DNA from: an uncultured Candidatus Poseidoniales archaeon
Lineage (GTDB): Archaea > Thermoplasmatota > Poseidoniia > Poseidoniales > Poseidoniaceae
Direction of reading: 5' to 3'
Length of the DNA: 64,000 nt
Assembly (NCBI GenBank): GCA_902625885.1
Contig: CACODE010000008.1
Coordinates: forward strand, 1,747 to 65,746
The first letter of the stretch is position 1. Each line of letters begins with the position of its first letter. Shown piece after piece: positions 9,189-19,353 of the stretch. The translations under genes and the position numbers were made by a program. The notes beneath the pieces are model-generated. The model saw only the letters and a program-made list of their open reading frames with translations, was not told where the DNA came from and searched no databases.

Positions 9189-10301
9189 TCAAGAAATAAT
9201 CTCCTCAAGCCTGTCGGATTCCAGTGCTTTTCGAATGGAGCGAGCGATTCGGCGCCCGGTCGACATGAACGGTTCGTTGATGTCCGAATACGGTGAACCA
9301 CCGATGAACGGGTTTGAGCCGGCCACGATACGAGCGCTGATTTCAAAAACCTTGAATTCGAGTTGGTCGGTCACGATGGTTTCGAGGCAAAAAGGTCCAA
9401 GCATGCCGCGAGAACCTTCCTCAAGATTGTAGGACGCCGCCACGGTGCCCTCTGCCATCTGAAACGCTCTGGGGAGAAGCGATTCCCGTATCACAACGGG
9501 TTGGTTGCCGGTGACCACGAAGGAGGGCTCAAGGGACATGTCCCTAAGGTCTCGCAAGGAACCAAGCTTGTAGAACTCGTCAACGTTGCTCTCGTCTCTT
9601 CTGTCCATCGACAACAACTCGAGCCGCCCGAGGTTTTTACCTGCATGCACCCCTCTGCCTTGAACTTGATAACCGTCTTCGGCGGTAGGGTCAAAGAAGA
9701 AGTGAAGGTAATACCTGCAGCCCAAAACGTATTCTTGAATCGTAAATTCTTCCTCAATGTCGACGTTTCTTCTGAAGTCCCGATAGTCCCGGGCAATGAA
9801 ATAACCACGTCCACCTTTGGCACCCGCATATTTCACGATGACCGGGCCGTCAATGTTGTGCGGGTCTTTGACAACTTTTGGCATGGTGCAACCGCCGTCC
9901 TCCAGCCATTGACGCTGGAGTTCTCGACTGCTCTCCCAGTGGAGGATGTTGCGGTTGCCGAAGGTGGGAACCTGGAGATTTCTGAAGTTGTTCGCACCAA
10001 GGTACTCCACCAGTGAGCCGTGAGGAACGATAATGACGTTTTTCTCGCGGAACCACTCGGCGTGGTCGAGCATTTGTCGATAGTCTTCCAACATCAGCCA
10101 TTCATCAGGGTCTGCGCCCGGGAAGGCTTTGTAGAAACGCCGGCGGTTTTCGCCTACAGCAATACCGAGTGTTCGGAACCCTTCCTGACGGGCTCCATGC
10201 AGAATTTGCAGGGATGAATGAGAGGCTACGACGCCGATGGTGATCGACTCGTTGTCGTAGTTTTGCAGCCATTCGTGCACGGTAGACTGCGGGACGCCCA
10301 T
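9189..10301 (-). CDS. purP: FAICAR synthetase PurP (ATP-grasp, formate-dependent)
   Basis: Motifs SHSSLQILHGARQEGFRT, PHGSLVEY, GAKGGRGYF, RESLLP, GPFCLE and FEISARIVAG. Confidence 0.92.
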   Translation of the reverse strand: MGVPQSTVHEWLQNYDNESITIGVVASHSSLQILHGARQEGFRTLGIAVGENRRRFYKAFPGADPDEWLMLEDYRQMLDHAEWFREKNVIIVPHGSLVEYLGANNFRNLQVPTFGNRNILHWESSRELQRQWLEDGGCTMPKVVKDPHNIDGPVIVKYAGAKGGRGYFIARDYRDFRRNVDIEEEFTIQEYVLGCRYYLHFFFDPTAEDGYQVQGRGVHAGKNLGRLELLSMDRRDESNVDEFYKLGSLRDLRDMSLEPSFVVTGNQPVVIRESLLPRAFQMAEGTVAASYNLEEGSRGMLGPFCLETIVTDQLEFKVFEISARIVAGSNPFIGGSPYSDINEPFMSTGRRIARSIRKALESDRLEEIIS

Positions 10302-10464
10302 ATGGAGGGGTTTCGTACTCGCTCTATGAGTATTATGTCAAACGCCGTTGCATAATAGGCATGTTGGCCAGTGGGTTCTTCCGCAGGATTGTTCGCTCAG
10401 GCTCCACTTTAGCGCTCGCTGGGAGGGTGAAGGTTTCATGGGGTGGCTTCACCTCCTTGTGTCC

Positions 10465-11571
10465 ATGGCCGATACGTCGCCAACCGCTCGCATGACATAC
10501 GGGGGCTATCTTCGTCTCGAAGAACTGCTTGCCCTGCAGGACGGACCGGAGGGGTATTCTCCTCTGCCTTCAAACGACGAGTTGCATTTTATCATCGTGC
10601 ATCAGACCTTTGAGTTGTGGTTTAAGCTTATTTTGCGAGAATTGAAAGAAGCCAGAGCGTTGATGGAACTTGAGAAGATTGAGGAATCGGTCATTCCTAT
10701 GGTCGTTCAACACTTGGAACGCGTCAGTGAAATCTTTCGCCTGCTCGCCGACCAGTGGAAAGTGATGGAGACCTTGTCTCCACAAGACTTTCTGGCCTTT
10801 CGCGACCGGTTGGGTACCTCATCGGGATTTGAATCGTGGCAGATGCGGGAACTTGAGGTTCTCATGGGGCTCAAGAACGAACAACGGATTGGGGGCATGG
10901 ACCCGCTTGAACACATGAAGAAACTCGCCTCGCAAGGCAAAATTCCCGCTGCAGCTCTTGCCGGGTTTGAGGCGACGACCCAACAACCCTCGCTAAACGA
11001 TGTCCTCACGCAGTGGTTGGGGCGCACGCCGATTCACGGTTCATTTCCAGGTCACGATGGCGACGATGACGTCGTCCTGTCTTATGTGAGCAATCATCTT
11101 CAGGTCATGAAGGAGCACGGGGAGCGCGTCATTGAGCACATGGTGTCGATCGGTCACGGTGAGGAATCAACACTTCGGCCCCGCATCGAGGCGGGCATTG
11201 CAAGCGCTGAGCAGTTCCTTCTTGACGATGGGGAACCCGTTCGCCACCGTGCAGGCCTCTTGTTTATAGAATCGTACAGGGATTTGCCCTTGCTCTCTTG
11301 GCCGCGCCGACTGATCGACAGTTTTGTTGAACTTGAGCAGTCGATGCTGCTCTTCCGTTCTCACCACGCTCGTATGGTGGAACGCATGATCGGGCGCCGA
11401 ATGGGCACCGGCGGTTCAAGCGGTGTTGACTACCTCGACGCCACCACAAAGTACCGAGTGTTCGTGGACTTGTGGGCCGTTCGCACCCTCCTTGTGAGGA
11501 GAGATTCGCTACCGGAAGTTCTCGGAGCGGACTTCTACGGATTTGCGTCCGACACGAGCGATTATTCGTGA
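10465..11571 (+). CDS. kynA: Tryptophan 2,3-dioxygenase
   Basis: Motifs [33 protein letters not shown] and [20 protein letters not shown]. Confidence 0.93.
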   Translation: MADTSPTARMTYGGYLRLEELLALQDGPEGYSPLPSNDELHFIIVHQTFELWFKLILRELKEARALMELEKIEESVIPMVVQHLERVSEIFRLLADQWKVMETLSPQDFLAFRDRLGTSSGFESWQMRELEVLMGLKNEQRIGGMDPLEHMKKLASQGKIPAAALAGFEATTQQPSLNDVLTQWLGRTPIHGSFPGHDGDDDVVLSYVSNHLQVMKEHGERVIEHMVSIGHGEESTLRPRIEAGIASAEQFLLDDGEPVRHRAGLLFIESYRDLPLLSWPRRLIDSFVELEQSMLLFRSHHARMVERMIGRRMGTGGSSGVDYLDATTKYRVFVDLWAVRTLLVRRDSLPEVLGADFYGFASDTSDYS

Positions 11572-11813
11572 GGGTCGATGTCGATGGGAATCAAGTGGTT
11601 TTCGTATTCGTACAAAGCGATTTTCAACGGGTCGAGCACGAAACGAATGTTCGCTTCTTCAAGACCGTATAGCGAAATCAGTTCGTCCTTGAACTCCTTG
11701 CGAAGCACGTCTTCCGTTGCGTAAAGCGGGGCACCCATGCCTATCTGAAGGGCGCGAGCCCCGATGATTCTTGCGCGTTCAAAGCGTGTGTGTTGACGAG
11801 CAGGCTTGACCAT
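11562..11813 (-). CDS. rpoK: DNA-directed RNA polymerase subunit K (Rpo6)
   Basis: Motif [21 protein letters not shown]...DPLKIALYE. Confidence 0.93.
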   Translation of the reverse strand: MVKPARQHTRFERARIIGARALQIGMGAPLYATEDVLRKEFKDELISLYGLEEANIRFVLDPLKIALYEYENHLIPIDIDPHE

Positions 11814-11873
11814 TTGCAATCACGTGCGAGAGTTTCGCATGTGGCCGACATAGCGACTCTTTTTGAACCTACC

Positions 11874-12791
11874 TCACTCTTCGGAACCCAATTTGTCGCC
11901 TTGGACGCCTTTTGTGCCTCTGGTGAGGTTGATGTGGGTGATGATGGCGGGAAGAAGCGCCAACACCAGCAGAGCGCCAAGAAGTGCGGCAAACATGGAT
12001 TCGGTTTGGGAAGCCGTTTTCTTGGCATCCTCGCGAACATCGCTGTTGAGGTCCATTGAACCCGTCGGAGACAGGGACGCCACGGTCAGGTTTCTCACGC
12101 CTGCCGTCTCAAGGAGTACGACCAACGAAGTGCCGTTGAGCATGATTGACTCGTTCAAAACCAGTTCACCTGCTGAGGCGTTGGCTGTTTGGTGATGGTA
12201 GGCGACGGACGGGTGAACGACGCCCGAAGTCTCGTGAGGAACAGGCGCCACGTACCACGCGCTTATCGTGCCGACCAGTGAGTTGTTCCACGTCAGTGTC
12301 CCGTTGGCCATCGTCATGGTTTGCAGACCGCTCCACTGGGTCTTTTTTCCGTCCATGACGTCGTTCAGGTCCAAGGCTTGGCGCGTTCCTGTGAGCAGGT
12401 GTGTTCCGTCGACGACCAGGGAAGGGAGGAACAGGAGGCGGTAATCAGCATCGTTTCGTAGTTTTGAGGGCGAGAAGTAGGTCAGGTCCACCGGTGATGG
12501 ATGGTGCTGTATGACGGCGATATGGCTTTCTGTCCCGTTGGTGCTGTTGCGCAAATGGTCGCTCACTTGCACGCAAGGTTCGCACCAATCTGCGCTGAAG
12601 TACTCAATGAGGTGCGTCGGTCGTTCTGCTTCACAACTTTCGTTGACCATGCAGGCCGCGGAAAAAACAGCAACGTCGTGCAAGGCTCCCTCCCCGTTGT
12701 CGCTTGCCGCCCCGTGCTGGCCAGCGGCCACACCGGCTTGGCTCAGGAAGAGCAAGACTGCGAGGAACAGTGGCTTGGGGCGGTGACCCAT
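11874..12791 (-). CDS. Exported thioredoxin-like (CxxC) protein with C-terminal membrane anchor
   Basis: Signal-like N-terminus, 'LIEYFSADWCEPC', 'FLPSLVVDG' (cis-Pro-like loop) and a C-terminal TM segment. Confidence 0.7.
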   Translation of the reverse strand: MGHRPKPLFLAVLLFLSQAGVAAGQHGAASDNGEGALHDVAVFSAACMVNESCEAERPTHLIEYFSADWCEPCVQVSDHLRNSTNGTESHIAVIQHHPSPVDLTYFSPSKLRNDADYRLLFLPSLVVDGTHLLTGTRQALDLNDVMDGKKTQWSGLQTMTMANGTLTWNNSLVGTISAWYVAPVPHETSGVVHPSVAYHHQTANASAGELVLNESIMLNGTSLVVLLETAGVRNLTVASLSPTGSMDLNSDVREDAKKTASQTESMFAALLGALLVLALLPAIITHINLTRGTKGVQGDKLGSEE

Positions 12792-12842
12792 GCCCGGGGG
12801 GCGAGGCATTTGTTCAAAAGGGGTCTGCTCTCACCTTGACTT

Positions 12843-13919
12843 ATGGAACCCCCTTGGTGGCGACTTCCATCCGTGATTCCGTTGCTTCTGGCGGTATCGG
12901 CGCTCCTTATCGTCATCGTAGGAGGTTCCATCAGGATCAACGACGCTGGTGAGTCCTGCCCCGAGTGGCCGACTTGCTTCGGCACGTGGCATTTCATTGT
13001 CTCAGAGGAAGACCAAGGGGCCTATTGGGCTGAAAACCCAGACCAGATTGACTCGCGTGGGGAGGATCATCGCTACACCGTGTTCCAAATCTTCGTGGAG
13101 TGGTTCCACCGCATGCTCGTCGGTGTCATAGCGCTCCCAATCGTGTACAACGTCATCGCTGCAAGAAAGGCCAGGGAGCGATACGGCCGTGGCGTGGAGC
13201 GGGCAGCGCAATTTTCTGCCGTCCTTCTCGTTGTTCAGGCGACGGCTGGCTACGTTACCGTCCGTTTCGACAACGCCGACTGGACGGTTGCGCTCCATTT
13301 GTCGCTGGCATGTCTTTTCATGGCGGGTTTGATTTGGCAGTACATGGCCATGCGCATTGAGGAAGGGGCGGATTGGGGCTTCCTTCAGGCACCACGAGAC
13401 TTCGTGGAGGCGCATTCAAAACGCGTCTATTCCATGACGGCGGCTGTTGGTGTGTTGTTGGTCCTTGGCGCATGGGTCTCTTCATCTGCCGGAGGCCAGT
13501 ATAATCAGAGTTGTTCTGTTGGTTTCCCAAACGGTTGGCCCAAATGTCAGGGCTCCATCCTTCCATCGCTTGACAGCCCGGGTATTTTCATTCAATTCAT
13601 GCACCGTTCAGGAGCGCTTTTGGTCGGCTTGGTTCTGGTGTTGGGTGTTGTCAACCTGAAATCAGCCTCGCAAGGTCAGCCCGGAACCTCACAAATCGTG
13701 CGTTTGGCTCTTCTCACCATGGCCATGTGGATGTTCAACGTCATGGTTGGAGCCTCTTACCTTATATTCGCGAAGGTCGGGGATTTTCCAGAATGGCTCT
13801 CATTGCTTCACCTGGTCGGCGGCGTCGCCGCCTTCCTCGCCGCTATGTTGCTTACGTTTGCCATGAGGTTCTCTCGGTCCCATGACCGGGGTGCCCAACA
13901 ACAAGGTGAGCAGGAATGA
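12843..13919 (+). CDS. ctaA: Heme A synthase (COX15/CtaA)
   Basis: Motifs AGESCPEWPTC, EWFHRM, VALHLSLA, FPNGWPKC, QFMHRSG and LLHL. Confidence 0.92.
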   Translation: MEPPWWRLPSVIPLLLAVSALLIVIVGGSIRINDAGESCPEWPTCFGTWHFIVSEEDQGAYWAENPDQIDSRGEDHRYTVFQIFVEWFHRMLVGVIALPIVYNVIAARKARERYGRGVERAAQFSAVLLVVQATAGYVTVRFDNADWTVALHLSLACLFMAGLIWQYMAMRIEEGADWGFLQAPRDFVEAHSKRVYSMTAAVGVLLVLGAWVSSSAGGQYNQSCSVGFPNGWPKCQGSILPSLDSPGIFIQFMHRSGALLVGLVLVLGVVNLKSASQGQPGTSQIVRLALLTMAMWMFNVMVGASYLIFAKVGDFPEWLSLLHLVGGVAAFLAAMLLTFAMRFSRSHDRGAQQQGEQE

Positions 13920-14929
13920 GCGAAGGACAACTTGCTCAAAACAACCCTCACCCGGGCCTGTTTAAGGTCATCACTCAACTGATGAAACTCCGAGTCATTG
14001 TCTTGTTGCAAATAACGGCCATTTGCGCTATTTTAATTCACGACACCCTCGCTCGTCAGGGTATCATGGACGTTGACAGAAGTTGGAGTCAAACGCTGTG
14101 GACCATGACCGTTACCGTCGTTGGAGGGACGCTCTCTGCGGGCGGTTCAAACGCCATCAACATGTGGTACGATGCAGATATCGACCCTCACATGCGCCGA
14201 ACGATGAACAGGCCGATACCTCTTGGGCATACCACGCCTCGTTTTGCCCTGCTGTTCGGCACGTTTATTGCGATCGTCGGCTCGTGTTTGTTTCTCATCA
14301 TCAGCGTTAAAGCTGCCTTTTGGTCTGTTTTTTCTGTCCTTTTCTATGTCTTTGTTTATTCCATTTGGCTGAAGCGACGGACGCCGCAAAACATTGTCAT
14401 CGGGGGCATCGCTGGGTCGACACCGCCTTTGATTGGATGGGCTGCCGCAGCCGGTGATAGCATCCAAAACTGGAACATGTTTGACCTCGGTTCTCCCGTG
14501 CCTTGGATGCTATTTTTCCTCATTTTTCTCTGGACACCTCCCCACTTTTGGGCCCTTGCTCTGTACCGCTCCGGAGAATACGGTAAGGTGAACATCCCCA
14601 TGATGAACGAGGTCAAGGGCGCCGAACACACGATATTTCAGTCAAAAGTGTACGTTGTGTGCTTGTTCATGTTGGGTTCCCTACCTTGTTTCTGGCCCGA
14701 CGCTGGCGTGCCGTTGTTGTGGGCTTTTGTATCGGGCGGATTGACGCTGTGGTACGCACAATCCGTGTGGGCCATTGACCCGCACGAGCCGTTTGACAGC
14801 AACGGCAGGATGCCCAAGGCTGCCAAATCGTTCTTCAGGAGCCTGTACTATCTGAGCTGGATGTTTCTCTCCTTCGTCCTCATCTCGTTCATCCCGGGGG
14901 AGTGGTTGGGCTTTTTTGGCCCCCTCTGA
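13916..14929 (+). CDS. ctaB: Protoheme IX farnesyltransferase (heme O synthase)
   Basis: Motifs NMWYDADIDPHMRRTMNRP, WLKRRTPQNIVIGG and WTPPHFWAL; ATGA overlap with ctaA. Confidence 0.95.
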   Translation: MSEGQLAQNNPHPGLFKVITQLMKLRVIVLLQITAICAILIHDTLARQGIMDVDRSWSQTLWTMTVTVVGGTLSAGGSNAINMWYDADIDPHMRRTMNRPIPLGHTTPRFALLFGTFIAIVGSCLFLIISVKAAFWSVFSVLFYVFVYSIWLKRRTPQNIVIGGIAGSTPPLIGWAAAAGDSIQNWNMFDLGSPVPWMLFFLIFLWTPPHFWALALYRSGEYGKVNIPMMNEVKGAEHTIFQSKVYVVCLFMLGSLPCFWPDAGVPLLWAFVSGGLTLWYAQSVWAIDPHEPFDSNGRMPKAAKSFFRSLYYLSWMFLSFVLISFIPGEWLGFFGPL

Positions 14930-15005
14930 GCGTCTATCTGCGGGTGTTCGATGACGCCCCTCAACCGTCATGTTCATGTGAAGTTCCTCGGTCGCCGAGC
15001 ATACA

Positions 15006-15092
15006 GCGACAGTCGCATAGCCTGGCCATTGCGCCGGATTGCTAATCCGGTGGTGTCTCACCTCGGGAGTTCAAATCTCCCCTGTCGCGCCA
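15006..15092 (+). tRNA. tRNA-Ser(GCT), CCA encoded
   Basis: Acceptor stem GCGACAG/CTGTCGC followed by G-CCA. Anticodon arm CCGGA-TTGCTAA-TCCGG, long variable arm, T arm GGGAG-TTCAAAT-CTCCC. Confidence 0.95.
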
Positions 15093-18044
15093 TCACTCGA
15101 AGAAGTCGTCAAACTCGTCGTACATGTTGGCGCTGTTTCGCTTACGCGCCGCTATGATGCGCTTGAGTCGCTTTCGTCGCTTGAATATCAGCGGCAGCAG
15201 AATGAAATTGAGGACGATAACACCGACCAAGACACCGAGCGAGAGCGTGAACTCGTCAACGGACATGGCGTCGTCGAGCTTCTGAAGCCAAGGGACGCCC
15301 AGCGGAGGCTCGGGAGGTTCTGGTTCTGGGGGAACGGTGTGTTGCCTGTAGTCCCACCACTGATCTTCGATGTACACCCGCTGTACGTTATCTGGTAAGT
15401 CCGCCACCATTTTTTCGTTACCAACGCTGTCGATTGGGGCGAGGATGTAATAGTAGGTTCTGTAGGGCCTTATGGCGTCGTCATCCATGCCCGACTGGGT
15501 AAAACTGGCCTGCTGTCCGGGGGTGCTCTCCAGACCGCTCTGAATCGGTTCAATGAATTTCAGGTCGGTGGCGCTGTTGGGTTCGTGCGCCATGCGGTAG
15601 AGGTTCCAGGAGACGTTGCCCTGAACTTCATGGTCTGGCCAGGTCCACGTCAGGGTAACCGTGTAGCAGTGCGACCAGTCCAGTTCAGCCTCGTAGCATA
15701 CGCTGTCGTTGGTGAATTCAGTGGTGCTGCTGAAATCCAAGACCGTGGTATCGGGCGGAACGGCGTCTCCACACAACTGTCCGGCGGCGTTGTTGACGCG
15801 CGTGATGTTGGCGTTCTGCAGGTTTGGGTTTCCTTCTCGGTCGACGGGTATGATGGCGTAAGAGGCACAAATACCGGTTTCTAGAGCCGAGGGGTCCGTC
15901 CATTCCGTGTCTTCCAACGGCACCGTAGCGACGCGTGAGCCGAGGGTCAACTCTTCCCAAATATTTTCGTTGATACCGCTCAAGGTTTCCGGGAACACCG
16001 TTGTTCCCGAGATGCCTTGGATTTTGTAAATGTTCCAGCCGCCAACATAGGGATTCGTCATGTCGCCAGACGACGACCAATTGAGGTGTATCTGGCCGGC
16101 TGAGCGCTGCGTCCAGTCAAAGTGATGAGCGATGACATCTGAGGCCGGCAGAACGCCCACAAGAAGAAGAACGCCATCCTTGGTCATCGATACATCGAGT
16201 GTCCCTGCTTCGAGGTCAAGCGAATAGCTGTCAACGCCGTCGATGGCCGTCCATTGCACGCTGTCTTTGTCCGGTAGGTAGCGCAGATCAACCGTGGTCA
16301 AGTTGATGTTTTCAGGGAGTATTTCGCTCAGGTTGAGCACCACGTCAACCGTTCGCAAGCCCGGGTCTTCACCGCTGGCCGTGTTGATGCCGATGTCGAT
16401 CATCATCAGGGGAGATTTACCACCGCCGATGCCGTAATTTTTCCCGAGGTGCGGCAACAGCACTTCGTGTGAATGGCTCGCTTCAAGTTCCGTGATGGCG
16501 CTACCAACCATGATGGGTTCTACCGAGAGGTTGACGGCATTGAGAACATCGAACTCGAAATAGGCGTATTCGGTTTCCCCCCACGGGTCGGTGACCTGCA
16601 AGGTGAGGTTGTGGTGGCCGAGACCAAAGTCGTCTCCCGTTTTGTTGAGTACCTGTTCGTTGCCCCAGATGTAGAAGCCTTCTCGCCAGGTGTAGGTTAA
16701 CGGCTGAGAAGCGATCGAACTCGCCCTTGCAACCAACTCGACACCCTCGTCGGTGAGGTAGATGCCGCTTTCTGAATTGCTTTGGACGTAGGGGTTGATG
16801 GCGCCAACTTGAATGTTGGCGGTGAGTTGGTAGAGGTTGTCGCTCATTCGAACATCTTCTCCCTCTTGGTAAATGGTCGGCATTTGGACACGAATGAGCC
16901 GGTTGTTGCCCGTTGTTGTCATGTTGAATTGGCAGGTCGCCGAACCCGCCGGGTGCATAACCGGTACCAGACAGTTTTCGTTCACTTCAAGTTCGTATTG
17001 CGGATTGTACACCTCGAACGAGATGCTCACGTTTTCCACGCTCATGTTGCCGAGGTTGGCGAACGTTGCAACGACTCGGTCTGAACCGTAGTAGAACAGC
17101 GACGCTTGAGCGTCGTGGCTCGGGTAGACGTCGATTACCTTCAGGTCAATGCTGTCGTTGAGCACCAGATTGTAGGTTGCAAGGTTGTTGTTTGGATTCA
17201 GGTCAGGGTAGGGGTTTCCAGTGCTTCCAAAGAGACCGTATTTGAGCAAGTAGCGGCCTTCTTGTCCGTAGCTAAACTCGGGGAGATTGATGTTGAACGG
17301 GTCGTATCCGCCCCAAGCCGGTAGGGTTTCAATGGTCCTGAAGGCTTCTTTGAGCATGACCGTTCCTTCTTCGTTCCAGAGTTGCCACCCAAATTCACCG
17401 GAGAAGATGCAAACGCCGCACACCGTTGATTGTCCTTTTGATTTGAACACGTAAGGCGTGTCGGTGTTGAGAACTTGCTCGCCGTCGTACACGGCCAGAT
17501 AATCGATGTGGTCCAGAGGGTTGTGGTTGACATCGGCAATCACATCAACGAAATCGTTGGTCAGGTTGATTGTAAAGCGAAACTCATCGTCGGTCGGCAA
17601 CTGATCGTTCTGGCTGAAGGCGTAGACGATGGTGAACACGCCTTCGGCATTTTGGCCCGGAATCCACAGGTCAGACGACGCCACGTTGCTGGTTGACTGT
17701 CCTGGAATGTTCGCCAGGTTAAACTGCCCCGTATCATCGTACAGGGATTTGCACTGTGAAATGGTGATGTCACCGTCGCAGGCGTACCATGTTAGGGTTC
17801 GGCTGGCGCCGGAAGGCGCCGCATAGAAGTTGGTCAACTCGGCCTCAAAGGCGATGGTGTCAAACGAAGAGTACCAAGCGTCCGGCGCTGGTGAAACGCT
17901 TTGCGTGATGCCGATTGAGCCCGGTACGGCTGCGCTTGAACTCGGCACCGTGGCCAGTGCGCCCAAAGAGGACAGCAGCAACATCAAAACAAATCCAAGG
18001 CTTGCTTGACGCTTGGAGCTACTGCGTGGCTCACGCTCTGTCAT
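15093..18044 (-). CDS. Large secreted acidic cell-surface protein with Ig/CARDB-like domains and C-terminal TM anchor
   Basis: 983 aa. Signal peptide, beta-rich repeats (e.g. DLNPNNN, ANLGNMSVENV), many NxS/T sites, PPEPEPPEPP stalk, TM segment, then a basic KRRKR tail. Confidence 0.75.
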   Translation of the reverse strand: MTEREPRSSSKRQASLGFVLMLLLSSLGALATVPSSSAAVPGSIGITQSVSPAPDAWYSSFDTIAFEAELTNFYAAPSGASRTLTWYACDGDITISQCKSLYDDTGQFNLANIPGQSTSNVASSDLWIPGQNAEGVFTIVYAFSQNDQLPTDDEFRFTINLTNDFVDVIADVNHNPLDHIDYLAVYDGEQVLNTDTPYVFKSKGQSTVCGVCIFSGEFGWQLWNEEGTVMLKEAFRTIETLPAWGGYDPFNINLPEFSYGQEGRYLLKYGLFGSTGNPYPDLNPNNNLATYNLVLNDSIDLKVIDVYPSHDAQASLFYYGSDRVVATFANLGNMSVENVSISFEVYNPQYELEVNENCLVPVMHPAGSATCQFNMTTTGNNRLIRVQMPTIYQEGEDVRMSDNLYQLTANIQVGAINPYVQSNSESGIYLTDEGVELVARASSIASQPLTYTWREGFYIWGNEQVLNKTGDDFGLGHHNLTLQVTDPWGETEYAYFEFDVLNAVNLSVEPIMVGSAITELEASHSHEVLLPHLGKNYGIGGGKSPLMMIDIGINTASGEDPGLRTVDVVLNLSEILPENINLTTVDLRYLPDKDSVQWTAIDGVDSYSLDLEAGTLDVSMTKDGVLLLVGVLPASDVIAHHFDWTQRSAGQIHLNWSSSGDMTNPYVGGWNIYKIQGISGTTVFPETLSGINENIWEELTLGSRVATVPLEDTEWTDPSALETGICASYAIIPVDREGNPNLQNANITRVNNAAGQLCGDAVPPDTTVLDFSSTTEFTNDSVCYEAELDWSHCYTVTLTWTWPDHEVQGNVSWNLYRMAHEPNSATDLKFIEPIQSGLESTPGQQASFTQSGMDDDAIRPYRTYYYILAPIDSVGNEKMVADLPDNVQRVYIEDQWWDYRQHTVPPEPEPPEPPLGVPWLQKLDDAMSVDEFTLSLGVLVGVIVLNFILLPLIFKRRKRLKRIIAARKRNSANMYDEFDDFFE

Positions 18045-18202
18045 TGACTGTTCGTTTCATCCGTGATTCAAAGACTCATCGCTTCTCAGGCCGATAATTT
18101 GGCCGAATCGTCGGTTTGACGCACGACGCATCAAACGAAGATTCACCCAATCGGGTCATGGCAAGGCGGCAACCTCTTGAATTGCCCCATCATGGTCATC
18201 CC

Positions 18203-19282
18203 ATGCGCCGGACCTTCGTTTCCAACGAGCGGAACGAAGGTGCGCTCACCGCTGTTATTGAGTTTCTCTCGGCCTTTACCCTCTTTCTGATGATCCTCAC
18301 CGCTTTTCTCTCTCTGGCACAACTCCAAATGGGCTCCAACGACCCGGATGTGGACCGCCTGGACCGTGCGGCTTCGCTCGGTTTGGACCGTTTAACCTCC
18401 GGAGAGGGGTGGTACGTCCCCATGGGGGATGGCTTGGACTACGCCAACTCCACCTCGGATTGGCACCACTATTCAGCCGAGGCCCTCCACGAAGGCCGAG
18501 TTCAACCTGGGCTTGTAATGAACCACCGTCTTGATGCGGATCGAATCCACGCCCTGCACAACATCACCGAAGAAGGCATGGCGGTAGGCCTCGGTCTCGA
18601 TGCCGATATGAGCCTCCATCTGAGCATTCAGGTTGTTGAAAGTCAACAGGTCAATCGAAGCCAAACCTACCTCTTTTACGGCGGGACGGAGCGAAGTTCT
18701 GCACCTTCAAGCTCAACCTCCTATCGGTCGTTTCAGCAAGACGGTGAACTGCTTCGAGTTGTCCTTGAAGTTCACGATGGCGGACGGAAAAATGCTGTGT
18801 TGCACTTGACAGAGGTTGTCTCGAGACCGTCACAATCCGGCCCGGAATGGATCGAAATGCGCAACCCCAACGATTTCGCCATCCCGCTCAAAGGGTGGTC
18901 GCTCAACCACACCTCAAGCGGACAAGCCACGAACATGCTGTTCCAATCGGGCGTCGTTTCTGGCCAATCCATTGCCCTGTTCACGGGGGACGCTTCTTCC
19001 CAAGAAGTTGGCAATGCGACACACATCGTCGATCTCGGACTGCGCGGTTTCTTGGGTGTTGGGCAACTCAGCGGTCTTGGCGACGGACAAGGGGTTTTGA
19101 TTCTTAGGTACACCCAACTTGACGAGGTGACGCCTGCCGACGTTATGCGAGTGGAATGGGGCGGTGACACTGGAACGTTTCCGGTCACCGGACAATCGCT
19201 GAGTTGGGACGGTACAGACCGGTTCAGTGCAGATTCATGGCGTTTGGAGGACAACCCGTCACCGGGTGCCGTGCCTTCCTGA
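18203..19282 (+). CDS. Pilin-like N-terminus plus lamin-tail-domain protein
   Basis: 'ERNEG/ALTAVIEFLSAFTLFLMIL' resembles a class III signal peptide. 'LHLTEVVSRPSQSGPEWIEMRNP...LKGWSL' and the C-terminal 'PSPG' are lamin-tail-domain hallmarks. Confidence 0.65.
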   Translation: MRRTFVSNERNEGALTAVIEFLSAFTLFLMILTAFLSLAQLQMGSNDPDVDRLDRAASLGLDRLTSGEGWYVPMGDGLDYANSTSDWHHYSAEALHEGRVQPGLVMNHRLDADRIHALHNITEEGMAVGLGLDADMSLHLSIQVVESQQVNRSQTYLFYGGTERSSAPSSSTSYRSFQQDGELLRVVLEVHDGGRKNAVLHLTEVVSRPSQSGPEWIEMRNPNDFAIPLKGWSLNHTSSGQATNMLFQSGVVSGQSIALFTGDASSQEVGNATHIVDLGLRGFLGVGQLSGLGDGQGVLILRYTQLDEVTPADVMRVEWGGDTGTFPVTGQSLSWDGTDRFSADSWRLEDNPSPGAVPS

Positions 19283-19353
19283 TTCTGCTCGTCGGGGGTT
19301 GCTTCCGTCCAAACACTTCATCAACCCGGGGCTTTTCCTTCGGTACGTTCCCC

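Noticed and set aside
15006-18044. Genomic island integrated at the tRNA-Ser 3' end
   Set aside because: No integrase, no duplicated tRNA 3' end noticed, and no evident compositional shift.
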